NCBI GenBank assembly: GCA_965249275.1
Contig: CBDFLQ010000006.1
Location: forward strand, 416,001 to 480,000
Reading direction: 5' to 3'
From: Dehalococcoidia bacterium
GTDB taxonomy: Bacteria > Chloroflexota > Dehalococcoidia > Plut-88900
Length of the DNA stretch: 64,000 bases
Shown in pieces: positions 29,658 through 40,500 of the stretch. Under the pieces are notes generated by a model, which was given only the letters and a program-made list of their open reading frames with translations, searched no databases and had not been told where the DNA came from. The position numbers were made by a program, and so were the translations under genes. Each line of letters starts with the position of its first letter. Within the stretch, counting starts at the first letter, position 1.

Positions 29658-30656
29658 ATGAAAAAAGTTAATTCTAGATGGATAGGTCTCTCGGTGGCCT
29701 TGGCACTCATCATCGTCCTCGCGGTGGGACTGGCTTGCGGCGGAGGAGATTCGGAGGAAGATGGATCCAAGGGAACCATCTTCCTGGTAGACCAGGACTG
29801 GAACGGCCAACTCGTACTGACAGCTGTAGCACAAATCCTATTGGAGCAGGAAATGGGCTACAGTGTTGCGACCAAGTTCTCTCCCGCGGACTCCGCACAC
29901 CTATTCACTGGCCTGCAAGATGGAGACTTCCACTTCGTGTGTTGCAACTGGCCCTCCTACAGTGCGGAATTGCTTGATGAATTCGTGAATGAAGACGGCA
30001 AGGAATCCGTGGAGCGCCTGGGACTGGTGGGCATCAGTGGTGATAGCGGCTGGTACGTTCCCTCCTACGTCATAAATGGTGACTCCTCCCGCGGTATCGC
30101 AGCAGTCGCCCCTGATCTCCGCACCGTTGAACAGCTTAACCAGTACAAGTCTGTCTTCGCCACGAGCGACACCGGTGAGAGTGGAAGACTTCTGGAGTTT
30201 ACGCCGGCCTGGGACACCAGAGGCGAGGAACGGCTGGAAGCTTTCGGAGCAGACTATCAGGTCATCTTTGCCGGTTCAGAAGCCGCTGCCTTGGCAGAAT
30301 TGGATGCCGCCTTTACACGCGGCGACCCTGTCCTTACTTACCTCTGGGAACCCCATTGGGCTCATGTGACATACGACCTCGTACAAGTCGAGATGCCTGA
30401 ATGGACACCGGATTGCTATCCTGACGGCGATGATTTCGGCTGCGGTTTCCCCAGCGACCCTGTTGCCAAGCTTGTTTGGCCGGGCCTCAAGGACGAATTC
30501 CCTGATGCCTATGCGTTCCTTTCAAACTTCCAGTTGACCAACGCACAGCAGACTGCGATTGTCCTCAACCATGAGGAAAACGATCTCACCGTTCGCGGCG
30601 CCGCCCAAGCCTGGGTGGACGCCAACGAAGATGTCTGGAAGGCCTGGATCCCCTAG
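29658..30656 (+). CDS. proX: Betaine-type ABC substrate-binding lipoprotein
   Basis: LAC lipobox, QDWNGQ, GWYVP, YLWEPHW and WKAWIP motifs. Confidence 0.85.
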   Translation: MKKVNSRWIGLSVALALIIVLAVGLACGGGDSEEDGSKGTIFLVDQDWNGQLVLTAVAQILLEQEMGYSVATKFSPADSAHLFTGLQDGDFHFVCCNWPSYSAELLDEFVNEDGKESVERLGLVGISGDSGWYVPSYVINGDSSRGIAAVAPDLRTVEQLNQYKSVFATSDTGESGRLLEFTPAWDTRGEERLEAFGADYQVIFAGSEAAALAELDAAFTRGDPVLTYLWEPHWAHVTYDLVQVEMPEWTPDCYPDGDDFGCGFPSDPVAKLVWPGLKDEFPDAYAFLSNFQLTNAQQTAIVLNHEENDLTVRGAAQAWVDANEDVWKAWIP

Positions 30657-30713
30657 ACTGCTTGCTTTCGTTCTAATACCCGAAACTGGTCCCATTCCAA
30701 ACTGGAAATCATA

Positions 30714-30745
30714 GGTCACGGGAGGGGTTAACCCCTCCCGTGACC
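30714..30745. other. Perfect 32-bp palindrome (hairpin)
   Basis: GGTCACGGGAGGGGTTAACCCCTCCCGTGACC equals its own reverse complement; no U-tract follows. Confidence 0.8.
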
Positions 30746-30765
30746 CGACTTGCAGAGGGTTGGCA

Positions 30766-32316
30766 ATGAAATATGACCACATTGTAGTCGGCGCGGGTTC
30801 TGGTGGAGCCGTGCTTGCCAGCCGTCTGTCCGAGGACCCCAACCGGTCCGTCCTCCTGATTGAGGCTGGCGAGGACTTCTCCGACCTGGACCGCCTTCCT
30901 CCCGAGCTCAAATACCTCTACGGCCCCCGACCCACCGTCTTCGAAAGCCATCACCTCTGGAACTTCGAGGCCCGCACAACCGACGAGGCCATTCCAACCA
31001 TGGTCCCGCGCGGCAGAGTCACCGGCGGCACCAGCGCCATCAATGGCGCAAACTTCCTCCGCGGCGAAAGGGAGGACTTTGACCTCTGGGCCGAGGCAGG
31101 CAACGACGAATGGGCCTTCGAAAAGGTTCTCCCCTATTTCAAGAAGACCGAGTCCGACCACGACTTCGACACCGACTACCACGGAAAGACCGGCCCGATC
31201 CGCTGCCGCCGCTTCACCCCCGACGAGTGGGGACCTTTCCAAAAGGCCTTCTATGACGCCTGCCTGGACTACGGCTTCCCCGACTGCCCCGACCACAACC
31301 GCCCTGATTCCACCGGCGTTGGCCCCCTCACCTTCAACGTGGTCGACCGCGTCCGTTGGAGCACCGCCATCGGATATCTCAATCCCGCCCGCCACCGTGT
31401 CAACCTGACATTACGGCCCAACTGCGTAGTTCACGGCATCATCTTCGATGGCAACAAGGCCGAGGGCCTGCTCGTCACCAGCGGCGGCGAGATGTTCACC
31501 GTCTACGGCGATGAGATAATTCTCTCCGCGGGGGTGATAGGTTCGCCGCACATACTGACCCTCTCAGGTGTGGGTCCTGCAGACCAGCTGGTCAAACTCA
31601 GCATTCCCGTCGTACAGGATCTACCCGGCGTCGGAGCAAACCTCCGAGACCACATGGACTTGGACCTCACTTGGGAATCCCTCGCCCCAATGCGCGTTGC
31701 TGAAGAAAAGTGCGCCGAGGGAGCGATCACCCTGCGCTACACCGCCAAAGGCTCTCCTTGGAAGAACGACATGGTCGTTTGCATGAACAACCGCATGTCG
31801 GAAATGCCGGGATTGCCCTTGGATGAATCAGCGGAGGCCCTTGTCGGCTGCCAACTCCTGATCTATATGAGCCTTTCCTCCGGGGAAATGACCGTCGTTT
31901 CCACCGACCCCCGTAAGGCCCCCGAGCTGGACTATAACTACTTTGAGGAACCTCTGGACCGCTCAAGGTACCGGGATGGCGTAAGGATCTGCGTTGATCT
32001 CTTTAAAAACTCCGCCTTCGATGGTCTGATCGGGAAACGGCTGGGCCCCTCGGACGAAATCCTGGACTCCGACACCGCCCTTGATCTCTGGCTCAGGAAG
32101 AATGTCAGGACCGGCCATCACCCCGCCGGCACCTGCAAGATGGGCCCCTCCTCCGACCCCCTGGCCGTGGTAGACCAGTACGCCAAAGTCCACGGCGTTG
32201 AGGGAGTCCGAGTGCTAGACGCCTCCGTAATGCCTCACTCGCTGCGGGCCAACCTCAGCGCAAACATCATGGCCATGGCAGAGCGCGTCGCCGATTTCAT
32301 CAAAGAAGGCCGCTAA
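30766..32316 (+). CDS. GMC oxidoreductase (choline-dehydrogenase-like)
   Basis: GAGSGG, RGRVTGGTSAIN, SGVG, VGANLRDH, HPAGTCKMG and DASVMP motifs. Confidence 0.9.
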   Translation: MKYDHIVVGAGSGGAVLASRLSEDPNRSVLLIEAGEDFSDLDRLPPELKYLYGPRPTVFESHHLWNFEARTTDEAIPTMVPRGRVTGGTSAINGANFLRGEREDFDLWAEAGNDEWAFEKVLPYFKKTESDHDFDTDYHGKTGPIRCRRFTPDEWGPFQKAFYDACLDYGFPDCPDHNRPDSTGVGPLTFNVVDRVRWSTAIGYLNPARHRVNLTLRPNCVVHGIIFDGNKAEGLLVTSGGEMFTVYGDEIILSAGVIGSPHILTLSGVGPADQLVKLSIPVVQDLPGVGANLRDHMDLDLTWESLAPMRVAEEKCAEGAITLRYTAKGSPWKNDMVVCMNNRMSEMPGLPLDESAEALVGCQLLIYMSLSSGEMTVVSTDPRKAPELDYNYFEEPLDRSRYRDGVRICVDLFKNSAFDGLIGKRLGPSDEILDSDTALDLWLRKNVRTGHHPAGTCKMGPSSDPLAVVDQYAKVHGVEGVRVLDASVMPHSLRANLSANIMAMAERVADFIKEGR

Positions 32317-32397
32317 TACAGTAAAGCCCTGGTGCGTCCTTCTTGCAGCCATACCGTATGACGGGCGCAGTTCCAACAGCAGAAGTTTGCCTCTTCC

Positions 32398-34158
32398 CTA
32401 TCTCGTCCCCGGCGGCCCCACCCGCACCGTAATAATATCTGTGTCGCGGAACTGCTGGTGTCGCACCGAAGACGCGTAACGCCGCAGTAGCCGCAGAGAA
32501 ATCTCCGTGTCTATCGGTGTCTCCTCTTCATGGTCCTGCATCTGCCGGATTCTGTCCTCCAGGTTATCCTCGTTCCCACCACCAATGAATTCCAGGTCCG
32601 CCACCGGCCCGTCGCTCGACGCAAGCACCACCAATTGACGACCATCCCCCTCTGCTTCATCTGCTAGGTCTTCAAGTTCCGCCTCAAAATCAATTGGTGC
32701 AAGCGTCAGAAGCGTCTCCTCAGCCACCGCCGACAACCGGTCTTTCATTGTGTCATTCCAATGTCGGCTGTCCGAGAACCGGTGTACGAATTGCGTTAGT
32801 TCCACCAGGGAATCTATGTGCAGCTTTGACTGAAACCTCATCCGTCTATGGCTCGTCAACTCTAGGAAGATGATCATCAGTACTGCCGACACCCCACCCG
32901 TGGTAACTGCACTCTTGAGCAGCGCCCCAATCACCGGCCCCAGGTCCGGCAAATTGAACAGAGCGAACTGGAATGAAGCCCCTATCCAGAAGGATATCCC
33001 CGCTACCATCAGCCGGGATCTGTTCGGCTCATTCTGGATAACCGTACGCGCCCCATCAACGAAAAGCGACCCTACCACCAGTATCAAGTACCCTGCCATC
33101 ACCGGGCCCGGAATAGTGCTCAGTAGCCCCGAAACCTTCGGCACGAATGCCACTAATATGAACACAACCCCGATGACGTACCCAATCCTGCGCGACGCAA
33201 CCCCCGTGATCTGCGTGAAAGCCACCGCACCTGGGTTTATGACTAGCGGGACCCCACCGGCGACCCCCGACAACAGGTTTCCTATGCCGGTGCACGCCAG
33301 CGCCCCCTGCACTCTCCTGAAATCGATAGCTCGTGGCTCCCGGCTGGAGACCCGCTGCATGGAAATCGCCTCCCCGTTTACCTGTATGGAGATAATCACC
33401 CCCAGGAACAGGAAGGACGGCACTAACACCCAGAAGTCGATGTCAAAGTCGAGCCCCAGACCCGGCCATTCGCTCGGTACACCGACCCACGCCGCCTCCG
33501 TAACCCGGTCAATATCGTAGATTCCCAACCCCGCCGCCGCTGCACACCCCCCTGCGATACCTATTACCGGTGCCCACAACCGCATCACCGGTGTGCCCCT
33601 CAATGTTAGTGCGACAACTATGACGAGGGTGACAAGGGCGGTCAAAGGCGCGGCTGCCGACTCCTCCTGCGCCGCATCGTCGAGCAACGCAAACACCACC
33701 GAGGCCAATGTTATGGAAAGTATCATTATCACTGTGCCGCTCACTATCGGCGTTACGACTCGCCGCAGCACGAACAGCCACTTGGAAATAACCAACTGGA
33801 ACAGCGCAGATGCAATGATCAGCGTAGTAAGGGTAGCCGGGCCCCCGTCGACTAACGCCGTGATGCAGAAAGGTATTGCGAAGGCAGCAGTGAACATTGG
33901 AAGCACCGCGCCGGCGCCCACAGGGCCCAGCCGCCTAACCTGGAGCAGAGTCGACACCCCCACCACCAGCAGCGACGCGAACACCATCCAGATTAGGTAA
34001 GACTCGTCCCCACCTGACTCCTTTGCCACTACCACCGGTGTCACCAGCAAAGTCGCCGAGGCGATCATGCTGAACTGCAACCCGAGTCCCAAAGTGGACT
34101 TAAAAGGCGGGTTTTCGTCGACCTCGTACCGAGGGTTCCGTACCGCTCCTGTCGCCGT
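32398..34158 (-). CDS. NCS2 (xanthine/uracil) permease with an extra C-terminal soluble domain
   Basis: The frame extends upstream of TTG 34092 as TATGAVRNPRYEVDENPPFKSTLGLGLQF; TPIVSG and TGVASR NCS2 motifs; ~150 aa hydrophilic tail. Proposed start is ACG 34158. Confidence 0.8.
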   Translation of the reverse strand, partial: TATGAVRNPRYEVDENPPFKSTLGLGLQFSMIASATLLVTPVVVAKESGGDESYLIWMVFASLLVVGVSTLLQVRRLGPVGAGAVLPMFTAAFAIPFCITALVDGGPATLTTLIIASALFQLVISKWLFVLRRVVTPIVSGTVIMILSITLASVVFALLDDAAQEESAAAPLTALVTLVIVVALTLRGTPVMRLWAPVIGIAGGCAAAAGLGIYDIDRVTEAAWVGVPSEWPGLGLDFDIDFWVLVPSFLFLGVIISIQVNGEAISMQRVSSREPRAIDFRRVQGALACTGIGNLLSGVAGGVPLVINPGAVAFTQITGVASRRIGYVIGVVFILVAFVPKVSGLLSTIPGPVMAGYLILVVGSLFVDGARTVIQNEPNRSRLMVAGISFWIGASFQFALFNLPDLGPVIGALLKSAVTTGGVSAVLMIIFLELTSHRRMRFQSKLHIDSLVELTQFVHRFSDSRHWNDTMKDRLSAVAEETLLTLAPIDFEAELEDLADEAEGDGRQLVVLASSDGPVADLEFIGGGNEDNLEDRIRQMQDHEEETPIDTEISLRLLRRYASSVRHQQFRDTDIITVRVGPPGTR

Positions 34159-34393
34159 TGGAATTGCCTCCCAATCTTGTTTGTGGGACAGAGCCTAGTG
34201 GATTCTACTAAGATTCACCGCACGTTGCGACATTACCACCAACCTAAATTAAGTCCATGACCGTATTAAACGAATTTCTAGTCACCAATTCCTAGAAAAT
34301 CGGCGTAAAGGGTTCGAAAATGGATCAGTTGAGAAACCGTAGAATCGCCCTAACTCATCTCACCAAACTTACGTCTTGTGCTATGTTCTACCT

Positions 34394-37300
34394 ATGCAAA
34401 CCGGCGACGCCAGCACAGGTCACGTCACTATGGACCGATTCTCCCCGGCAATGACCGAAGCCCTGTGGCAATTGGTAAAAGACGCCAAGCGCACCGATAT
34501 CCTTGCCCCAGTCACCGTCATCGGCCCGACCCAGTACGCCAATCTCACCCTCCGTCAGGAACTCGGACGCACTGGATTCGTCAATGTGCGGTTCATCGTC
34601 ATGGGTCACCTCTCGGAACTGCTTGGCGCGGCCGAACTGGCTAGAGAGGGACGCAGCCCCTTGACCCGAGTCATAGAGACCATGTCGATCAGGCAGGTGT
34701 TGGACCAACATTCGAACTTGCTGGCCCCGGTACGGGGGCACGTCGCAACCCAGGCCCGAGTTCGCAGCTGTTTCAAAGATCTGCGTCGAACCGGCGAGGA
34801 CGTCTTGACCGCTTTGGAATCTCAGGATGGCGTCCGCAGCGAGGTCGTTCGGCTATACCGGGCCTTTCGCCAGGAAACGTGTACAAAATGGTACGACTCT
34901 GAGGACTTGGCCAAAGCCGCCGCTAATGCCGTCCGTTCAGATGAGTCCTCCGGCCTCGCCGATTTGGGCTTGATTATCTTCTATCTCCCCCACAATCCTA
35001 GCCCCGCGGAACAAAAGCTCATCGAGGCGCTGGTTTCTCGGGCGCGGTGTACCGTCCTAATTGGCTCCACCGGCGATCCTGTCACCGACCAGCAAGCAAC
35101 CGCTCTAGCAGAGGCTCTAACCCCGATACTTGGAACTGCTCTGCCGGAAGAACCTGCTAAGCTGCCTCTCCTCCCGGGTGAAGCACAAATACACATCGCT
35201 CCCACAGCCCGAGAAGAGCTCCGGCGAGTCGTGCGCGGAATATTAGAGGAGGTTGCGAAGAGACAGACACCCTTCCACAAAATCGCCGTTCTGTATCGCA
35301 TACGTGACCCCTACGCCGCGCTCATTCACCACGAGCTCCATGAGGCTGACATTCCCGTAGCCGGACCCGGAGCAGGCTTGCTCCGCGACACGGCCTCAGG
35401 CCGGACTCTCATGGGGCTCCTTGACTTGGCGGACGGCGAATTCCCCCGCGCCCGAGTCATGGCCTGGCTCACCGGCTGCCCTGTCCACCCCAAGGATGCA
35501 CAGGAAGCCATCAACCCCAGTACCTGGGACGCACTCACCAAGCGGGCGGGGATAGTAGGAGGGCTGGGCCAGTGGCAAGGTCGCCTGGATCATTATGCAA
35601 AAGAGATTGAAGCTGACACCGAATCCCGTCTCGCCAGAGATGAAATAACCGAGGCCCGCGCCAACACCCTGTATCAAGAGGCTGCCACCGCTAAAAGTAT
35701 CGGCAAATTTATTGATGATTTGGGCCATCGGCTAACCCCGCCGAAGAACGGCAGCGAATGGGTTGACTTCTGCAATTGGGCACGTGGCCTTCTTGATCAC
35801 TATCTGGACAAGAGCCTCCCTTCTACCGAGAACGCTGCCCTGGAAAAGATTTACCGCGCCCTGGAGGAGCTCAAAGCCGCAGACTCCGTCAAGGCAGGGA
35901 CTACCCTGAAAGAGTTCCGGCAGACGGTGGACGATGCCTTGCAAGACTCCACTGGCCGACTTGGCGTCACTGGTCAGGGCGTCTTCGCTTCCAGCTTCGC
36001 TGCCGCCGCAGGCATGAACTTCGATGCACTATGGATGGTTGGCATGATCGAAGGCGCCGTGCCCCCCGAACCTCTCCTCCCGGAGGCCGACTGGCTGAGC
36101 GCAGGCGGGCCTTCACGACTCAAAAAGCACATCGCTCAGGAGCGTAGCGACTATCTCTCAGCGGTATCCTCCGCCCCGCGCCGAGTGCTTTCGTACCCCG
36201 CTGCGGGTGCCACATCAAACCGTAAAGCCTACCCATCGCGGTGGCTCTTGGAACAGGCCTCGGCTCTTGAGAACGAACCCATCCGGTCAAGTGACCTCTC
36301 CCGTCTAGCCGACCGACCGTGGCTTACCATGGATGCCTCCCCTGAGCATGCCCTCTCCTGCGTCCCCGAATCCTCCCTCGCCGACCTCCATGACTACACC
36401 CTCCAAAGGCTCCTGCACTGGAAGAGGAGTGGCAAAAGATTGGGGGGCCACCCCTTTGTAAAGGACGGAGCGCTGGCCCGGGCCATGCTCCTCGGAAGTC
36501 ACCGAGACGTCCCCCGGCTCACTGAGTTCGATGGCAATCTTTCATCAGTGGCCCAAACCGCAAGATTCAGTCGATCTTTGGATACCTCACCCATTTCCCC
36601 CACCCGGCTGGAAACTTGGGCCCGCTGCCCTTTCAGCTATTTTCTCGGACACGTACTAAGGTTGAGTGCCCTCGACACCCCGGAGGAGACCGTTGCCATC
36701 AGCGCCCTGGATAGGGGCGGCCTGATGCACAAGATTCTCGAACGCTTTTTCAACGAATCCAACACTCCTCCCCCAGGGCAGGACTGGACCCCCGAGGACC
36801 GCACCCGTCTAACACTCATTGCGCACCAGGAATTCGCTAGGGTGGAAAACCGAGGCGTTACCGGCAAACCCATCCTATGGGAGCTCGACAAAGAGGAATT
36901 GCTCTCCGACCTGGATACCTTCCTCGAAGAGGACTCCAATCTGAGACAAGAACATGGTTCTACTAGTATCGAGGTGGAATTGAATTTTGGCTCCGCGGGT
37001 AATACACCCACAGTGACCGATGCGGAATCGCCGCTCCGTTTCAGCGGCCAGATCGACCGTATAGACCTCACCGCCGACGGCAGGTCGGTCCTGGTCATCG
37101 ACTACAAGACCGGCAGACCTGATTATTTTCGAGGCTTGGAGAAAGACGCTATAGACCGCGGCAAACATCTCCAGCTGGCCATCTACTCCCTTGCCGCCCG
37201 AGAAATATTCCCCAAGGCCGAGCAGGTCCGCGCCGCCTACTGGTTCGCCACCACAAAAGGAGGCTTTAGGCGGCTCCCTTCCCAGCACTTTGATCTTGGA

Positions 37301-37540
37301 GACCCCCAGACTCTGGAGCGATTCCGGCAGGGTGTATCTACCATCTCCGATGGAATTCGTGCTGGAGCTTTCCCCGCCAACCCCGGCCCCCCGGATCGGA
37401 ATAAGAATGCCAACTGCACCTACTGCGACTTCGATGCCATCTGCCCCTCCCGCCGAGCCGACCTCTGGGACCGGAAGAAGCAAGACCCACTTCTGTCTCG
37501 GTACCTGGAACTCGCCGAGGGAGAGGAGGAACAGTCGTGA
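34394..37540 (+). CDS. AddB-like degenerate helicase with PD-(D/E)XK nuclease and Fe-S Cys motif
   Basis: SPTRLETWARCPF, GQIDRID, VIDYKTG, QLAIY and CTYCDFDAIC motifs. Confidence 0.87.
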   Translation: MQTGDASTGHVTMDRFSPAMTEALWQLVKDAKRTDILAPVTVIGPTQYANLTLRQELGRTGFVNVRFIVMGHLSELLGAAELAREGRSPLTRVIETMSIRQVLDQHSNLLAPVRGHVATQARVRSCFKDLRRTGEDVLTALESQDGVRSEVVRLYRAFRQETCTKWYDSEDLAKAAANAVRSDESSGLADLGLIIFYLPHNPSPAEQKLIEALVSRARCTVLIGSTGDPVTDQQATALAEALTPILGTALPEEPAKLPLLPGEAQIHIAPTAREELRRVVRGILEEVAKRQTPFHKIAVLYRIRDPYAALIHHELHEADIPVAGPGAGLLRDTASGRTLMGLLDLADGEFPRARVMAWLTGCPVHPKDAQEAINPSTWDALTKRAGIVGGLGQWQGRLDHYAKEIEADTESRLARDEITEARANTLYQEAATAKSIGKFIDDLGHRLTPPKNGSEWVDFCNWARGLLDHYLDKSLPSTENAALEKIYRALEELKAADSVKAGTTLKEFRQTVDDALQDSTGRLGVTGQGVFASSFAAAAGMNFDALWMVGMIEGAVPPEPLLPEADWLSAGGPSRLKKHIAQERSDYLSAVSSAPRRVLSYPAAGATSNRKAYPSRWLLEQASALENEPIRSSDLSRLADRPWLTMDASPEHALSCVPESSLADLHDYTLQRLLHWKRSGKRLGGHPFVKDGALARAMLLGSHRDVPRLTEFDGNLSSVAQTARFSRSLDTSPISPTRLETWARCPFSYFLGHVLRLSALDTPEETVAISALDRGGLMHKILERFFNESNTPPPGQDWTPEDRTRLTLIAHQEFARVENRGVTGKPILWELDKEELLSDLDTFLEEDSNLRQEHGSTSIEVELNFGSAGNTPTVTDAESPLRFSGQIDRIDLTADGRSVLVIDYKTGRPDYFRGLEKDAIDRGKHLQLAIYSLAAREIFPKAEQVRAAYWFATTKGGFRRLPSQHFDLGDPQTLERFRQGVSTISDGIRAGAFPANPGPPDRNKNANCTYCDFDAICPSRRADLWDRKKQDPLLSRYLELAEGEEEQS

Positions 37541-40500
37541 GTAACTCGGCAACCTTCAAGCCCCGAGACCAAGCGGCCCGGGACACCATCGCCAGCAACC
37601 TGCAAGACACCCTCTTCATCGAGGCCAGCGCCGGTACCGGCAAGACCACTAGCCTCGTCAATCGGGTGGTCAACATGATCGCCACTGGTACTGCCACCCT
37701 CGACAAGATCGCAGCCATAACCTTCACCGAGGCCGCCGCCGCCGAGCTTCGAGAGGGCATCCGCGAAGAGCTTGAGAAGGCCGCTGCCGATTGCGCACGC
37801 AGTACTGACGAGCGAGACCGTTGCCAACAAGGCATCTCCGATCTGGACCAGTCCGCTATCCAGACACTGCATGCCTTCGCTGCACTCCTCCTCCACGAGC
37901 GTCCCCTGGAAGCCGGACTGCCCCCATCTTTCGAGGTGAGCGACGAGATGAAATCTGGCGTAAGGTTTAATGAGGAGTGGGACAAGTGGCTTGATAGAGC
38001 ACTGGAAGACCCCTCCCTGGCTGACCACCTCTCCCGAGCCCTCACCCTCGGCCTAACCTTGGATAAGCTCAAGGACATAGCCCAAGCATTTCATAACAAC
38101 TACGACTACATCGCCAACACCGTATTTGCATCCGAACCCCCCACCCCACAGGCGGCCCAGTCCCTAGTCGATGCCAGGGCCGGCCTGGAACATCTCTGCA
38201 CCCTTTCTCAAATCGGCCCTGGCGACAAACTGTTTGACCTCGTCCAAAGCAAGCTGGGAACTATCCGCCGATTGAAGGATGGCAAACCAGGTTCCAATCT
38301 ATCCTATCGCTTGCTAAAACGGCTTCTACCCCTGAAGTGTGGCTTGGGTAGGCAATCGGACTGGAATACGGATTCGGAGACGCATGAGAACGGCTGCAAG
38401 AGTCTGAAAGATTTGCTCAAACTCCTTGACGAAAAAGTGAGTTCGGAGATCACAAGAACCCGACGCACCGCCCTGATGCCCATTCTCGAAGCCCTGCGGA
38501 GGTTCGCAATTGACTATGCCGAAAGGCGCCGCACCGAGGGCCGCGCCGAGTTCCAAGACCTTCTAGTCTGGGCCCGAGACCTCCTACGCGACGACCTGGA
38601 AGTTCGTGACCATTTCCAGAAACGTTTCTCCCATCTCCTCATCGACGAGGTCCAGGACACCGACCCTCTTCAAGCTGAGATAGCCATGTTCCTCGCCGAG
38701 GCCGTTCCCCACGGTCAGCCCCTCGCTCCACGCCCCGATTCCTGGCTCGACGTAACTCCTGAAAAGGGCAAGCTGTTCGTGGTCGGTGACCCCAAGCAGT
38801 CTATATATCGCTTCCGCCGCGCGGACGTCGAGCAGATGAATCAACTCCGGGAACGCATGGAAGCCGCCGGGGGTAATGCCCTGAGCCTCGTCCAGAATTT
38901 TCGCTCTCACCGGCCGATAGTTGCCTGGGTCAACCACCTCTTCTCCCAATGGATGGACGGAGATGAGACCCAGGCCCGATACGAGGAGATGCACCATCGC
39001 TGGGATGCGGACAATACCGATCCCTTCCATCCCCGGGTCTGGGCCCTCTCCGACATCGAGACTAAGGACAACATAGGCGTAGTCCGCAATCAAGAGGCCG
39101 AAGACATCGCGGATCTGCTCAGTCAGATGGTCGCCCAAAAATGGAAGGTGTTGGACAAGGAAAAGTCCGAAAAATCAGAGAACGCTACATATCGGTGTGT
39201 CGGCTACTCCGACATCTGCATTCTCATGCCAACCCGCACTGGCCTCGCTAACCTCGAACGCGGGCTCGAAGCAAGAAATATCCCCTTTCGCCTCGAAAAC
39301 GCCTCCCTCATATTCGAAACCCAGGAGGTAAGAGACCTTCTCAACTGCCTGAAAGCAATCGACGACCCAGCCAATCAGATTGCAGTAGTCGGCGCCCTCC
39401 GGTCTACCGTGTTCGGCTGCAGCGACATAGACCTCCTCCTTTACCACGAGGCCCACGGCAGCTTCGACTACTCCCGTGTCCATGAGAATGCGCCTTCGGG
39501 TCTTATCCCCGACGCCCTCACCGTCCTCCGCACTTATCACGACGCTAGGATGTGGGAGTCCCCCGGTTCCCTAATTGATCGGTTCATCCGGGACAGGGGT
39601 TTGATGGAATCTGCCCTGGCCCACCCGCGCAGCCGAGAGCAATGGCGCCGCTACCGCTTCATGGTGGAGCAGGCTTGGCGCTTCGCCGAGGGCGGCGGTA
39701 ACTCTTTGCGAGCTTTCGTCGAATGGATCGAAGACCAGATCAACGAACGAGTCCGGGTTTCCGAGTCCCCCATCCCGGACTCTGACGAGGAAGCCGTACG
39801 AGTCATGACCATCCACGGTGCGAAGGGTTTGGAATTTCCCGTCGTTGTCCTCACCGGCCTCAACTCCTCCGGCAGGCGGCAGAGTGACACCGTGATATTC
39901 GACCGAGTCAGGAAGCAGGTTGAGGTTGGCCTGGGCTCCAAAAATGACCGGAGCTCGACACCCGGCTACGAGGAGTTGGTAGAAAAAGAGAAACGGATGT
40001 GGGAGGCCGAGGACGTACGCCTGATGTACGTGGCCGCCACCCGCGCCCGTGACCATCTCATCCTTAGCCTTCGCCGTAAGGAGACCGGCAGCAGCTCAAC
40101 TTCCAAAACCTTAGCTGCCACGATCTCCGAGACTATGCAAGGCTCGGGCCTCTGGGAGCCCGTTAACTTGGTAGACATGGACGAGTCCCATGGTTCCATT
40201 TCCGACTCCATTTCCCAGGACCCTCCAAACTCCATCGACCATTCCATCGAGGCTCGTGACCGCTGGGTAATCGAAAGAGATAATTTGATAAAACGTATGG
40301 GTCGCCCGACCTATGTCTCCGCCACCTCCCTCGGTCGCCATGTCCAGGAACAGGAGGACAAGCCGGAACAGGAAAGCGATGAACCCTGGCGACGGGGCCG
40401 GGCCGGCACCTCAGTCGGGCGTGCCGTGCACGCTGTGCTTCAATCTATAGACCTAACCAAAGGCGCAGGCATCGGGGCCCGGTCTCGAGTTCAGGCTGCC

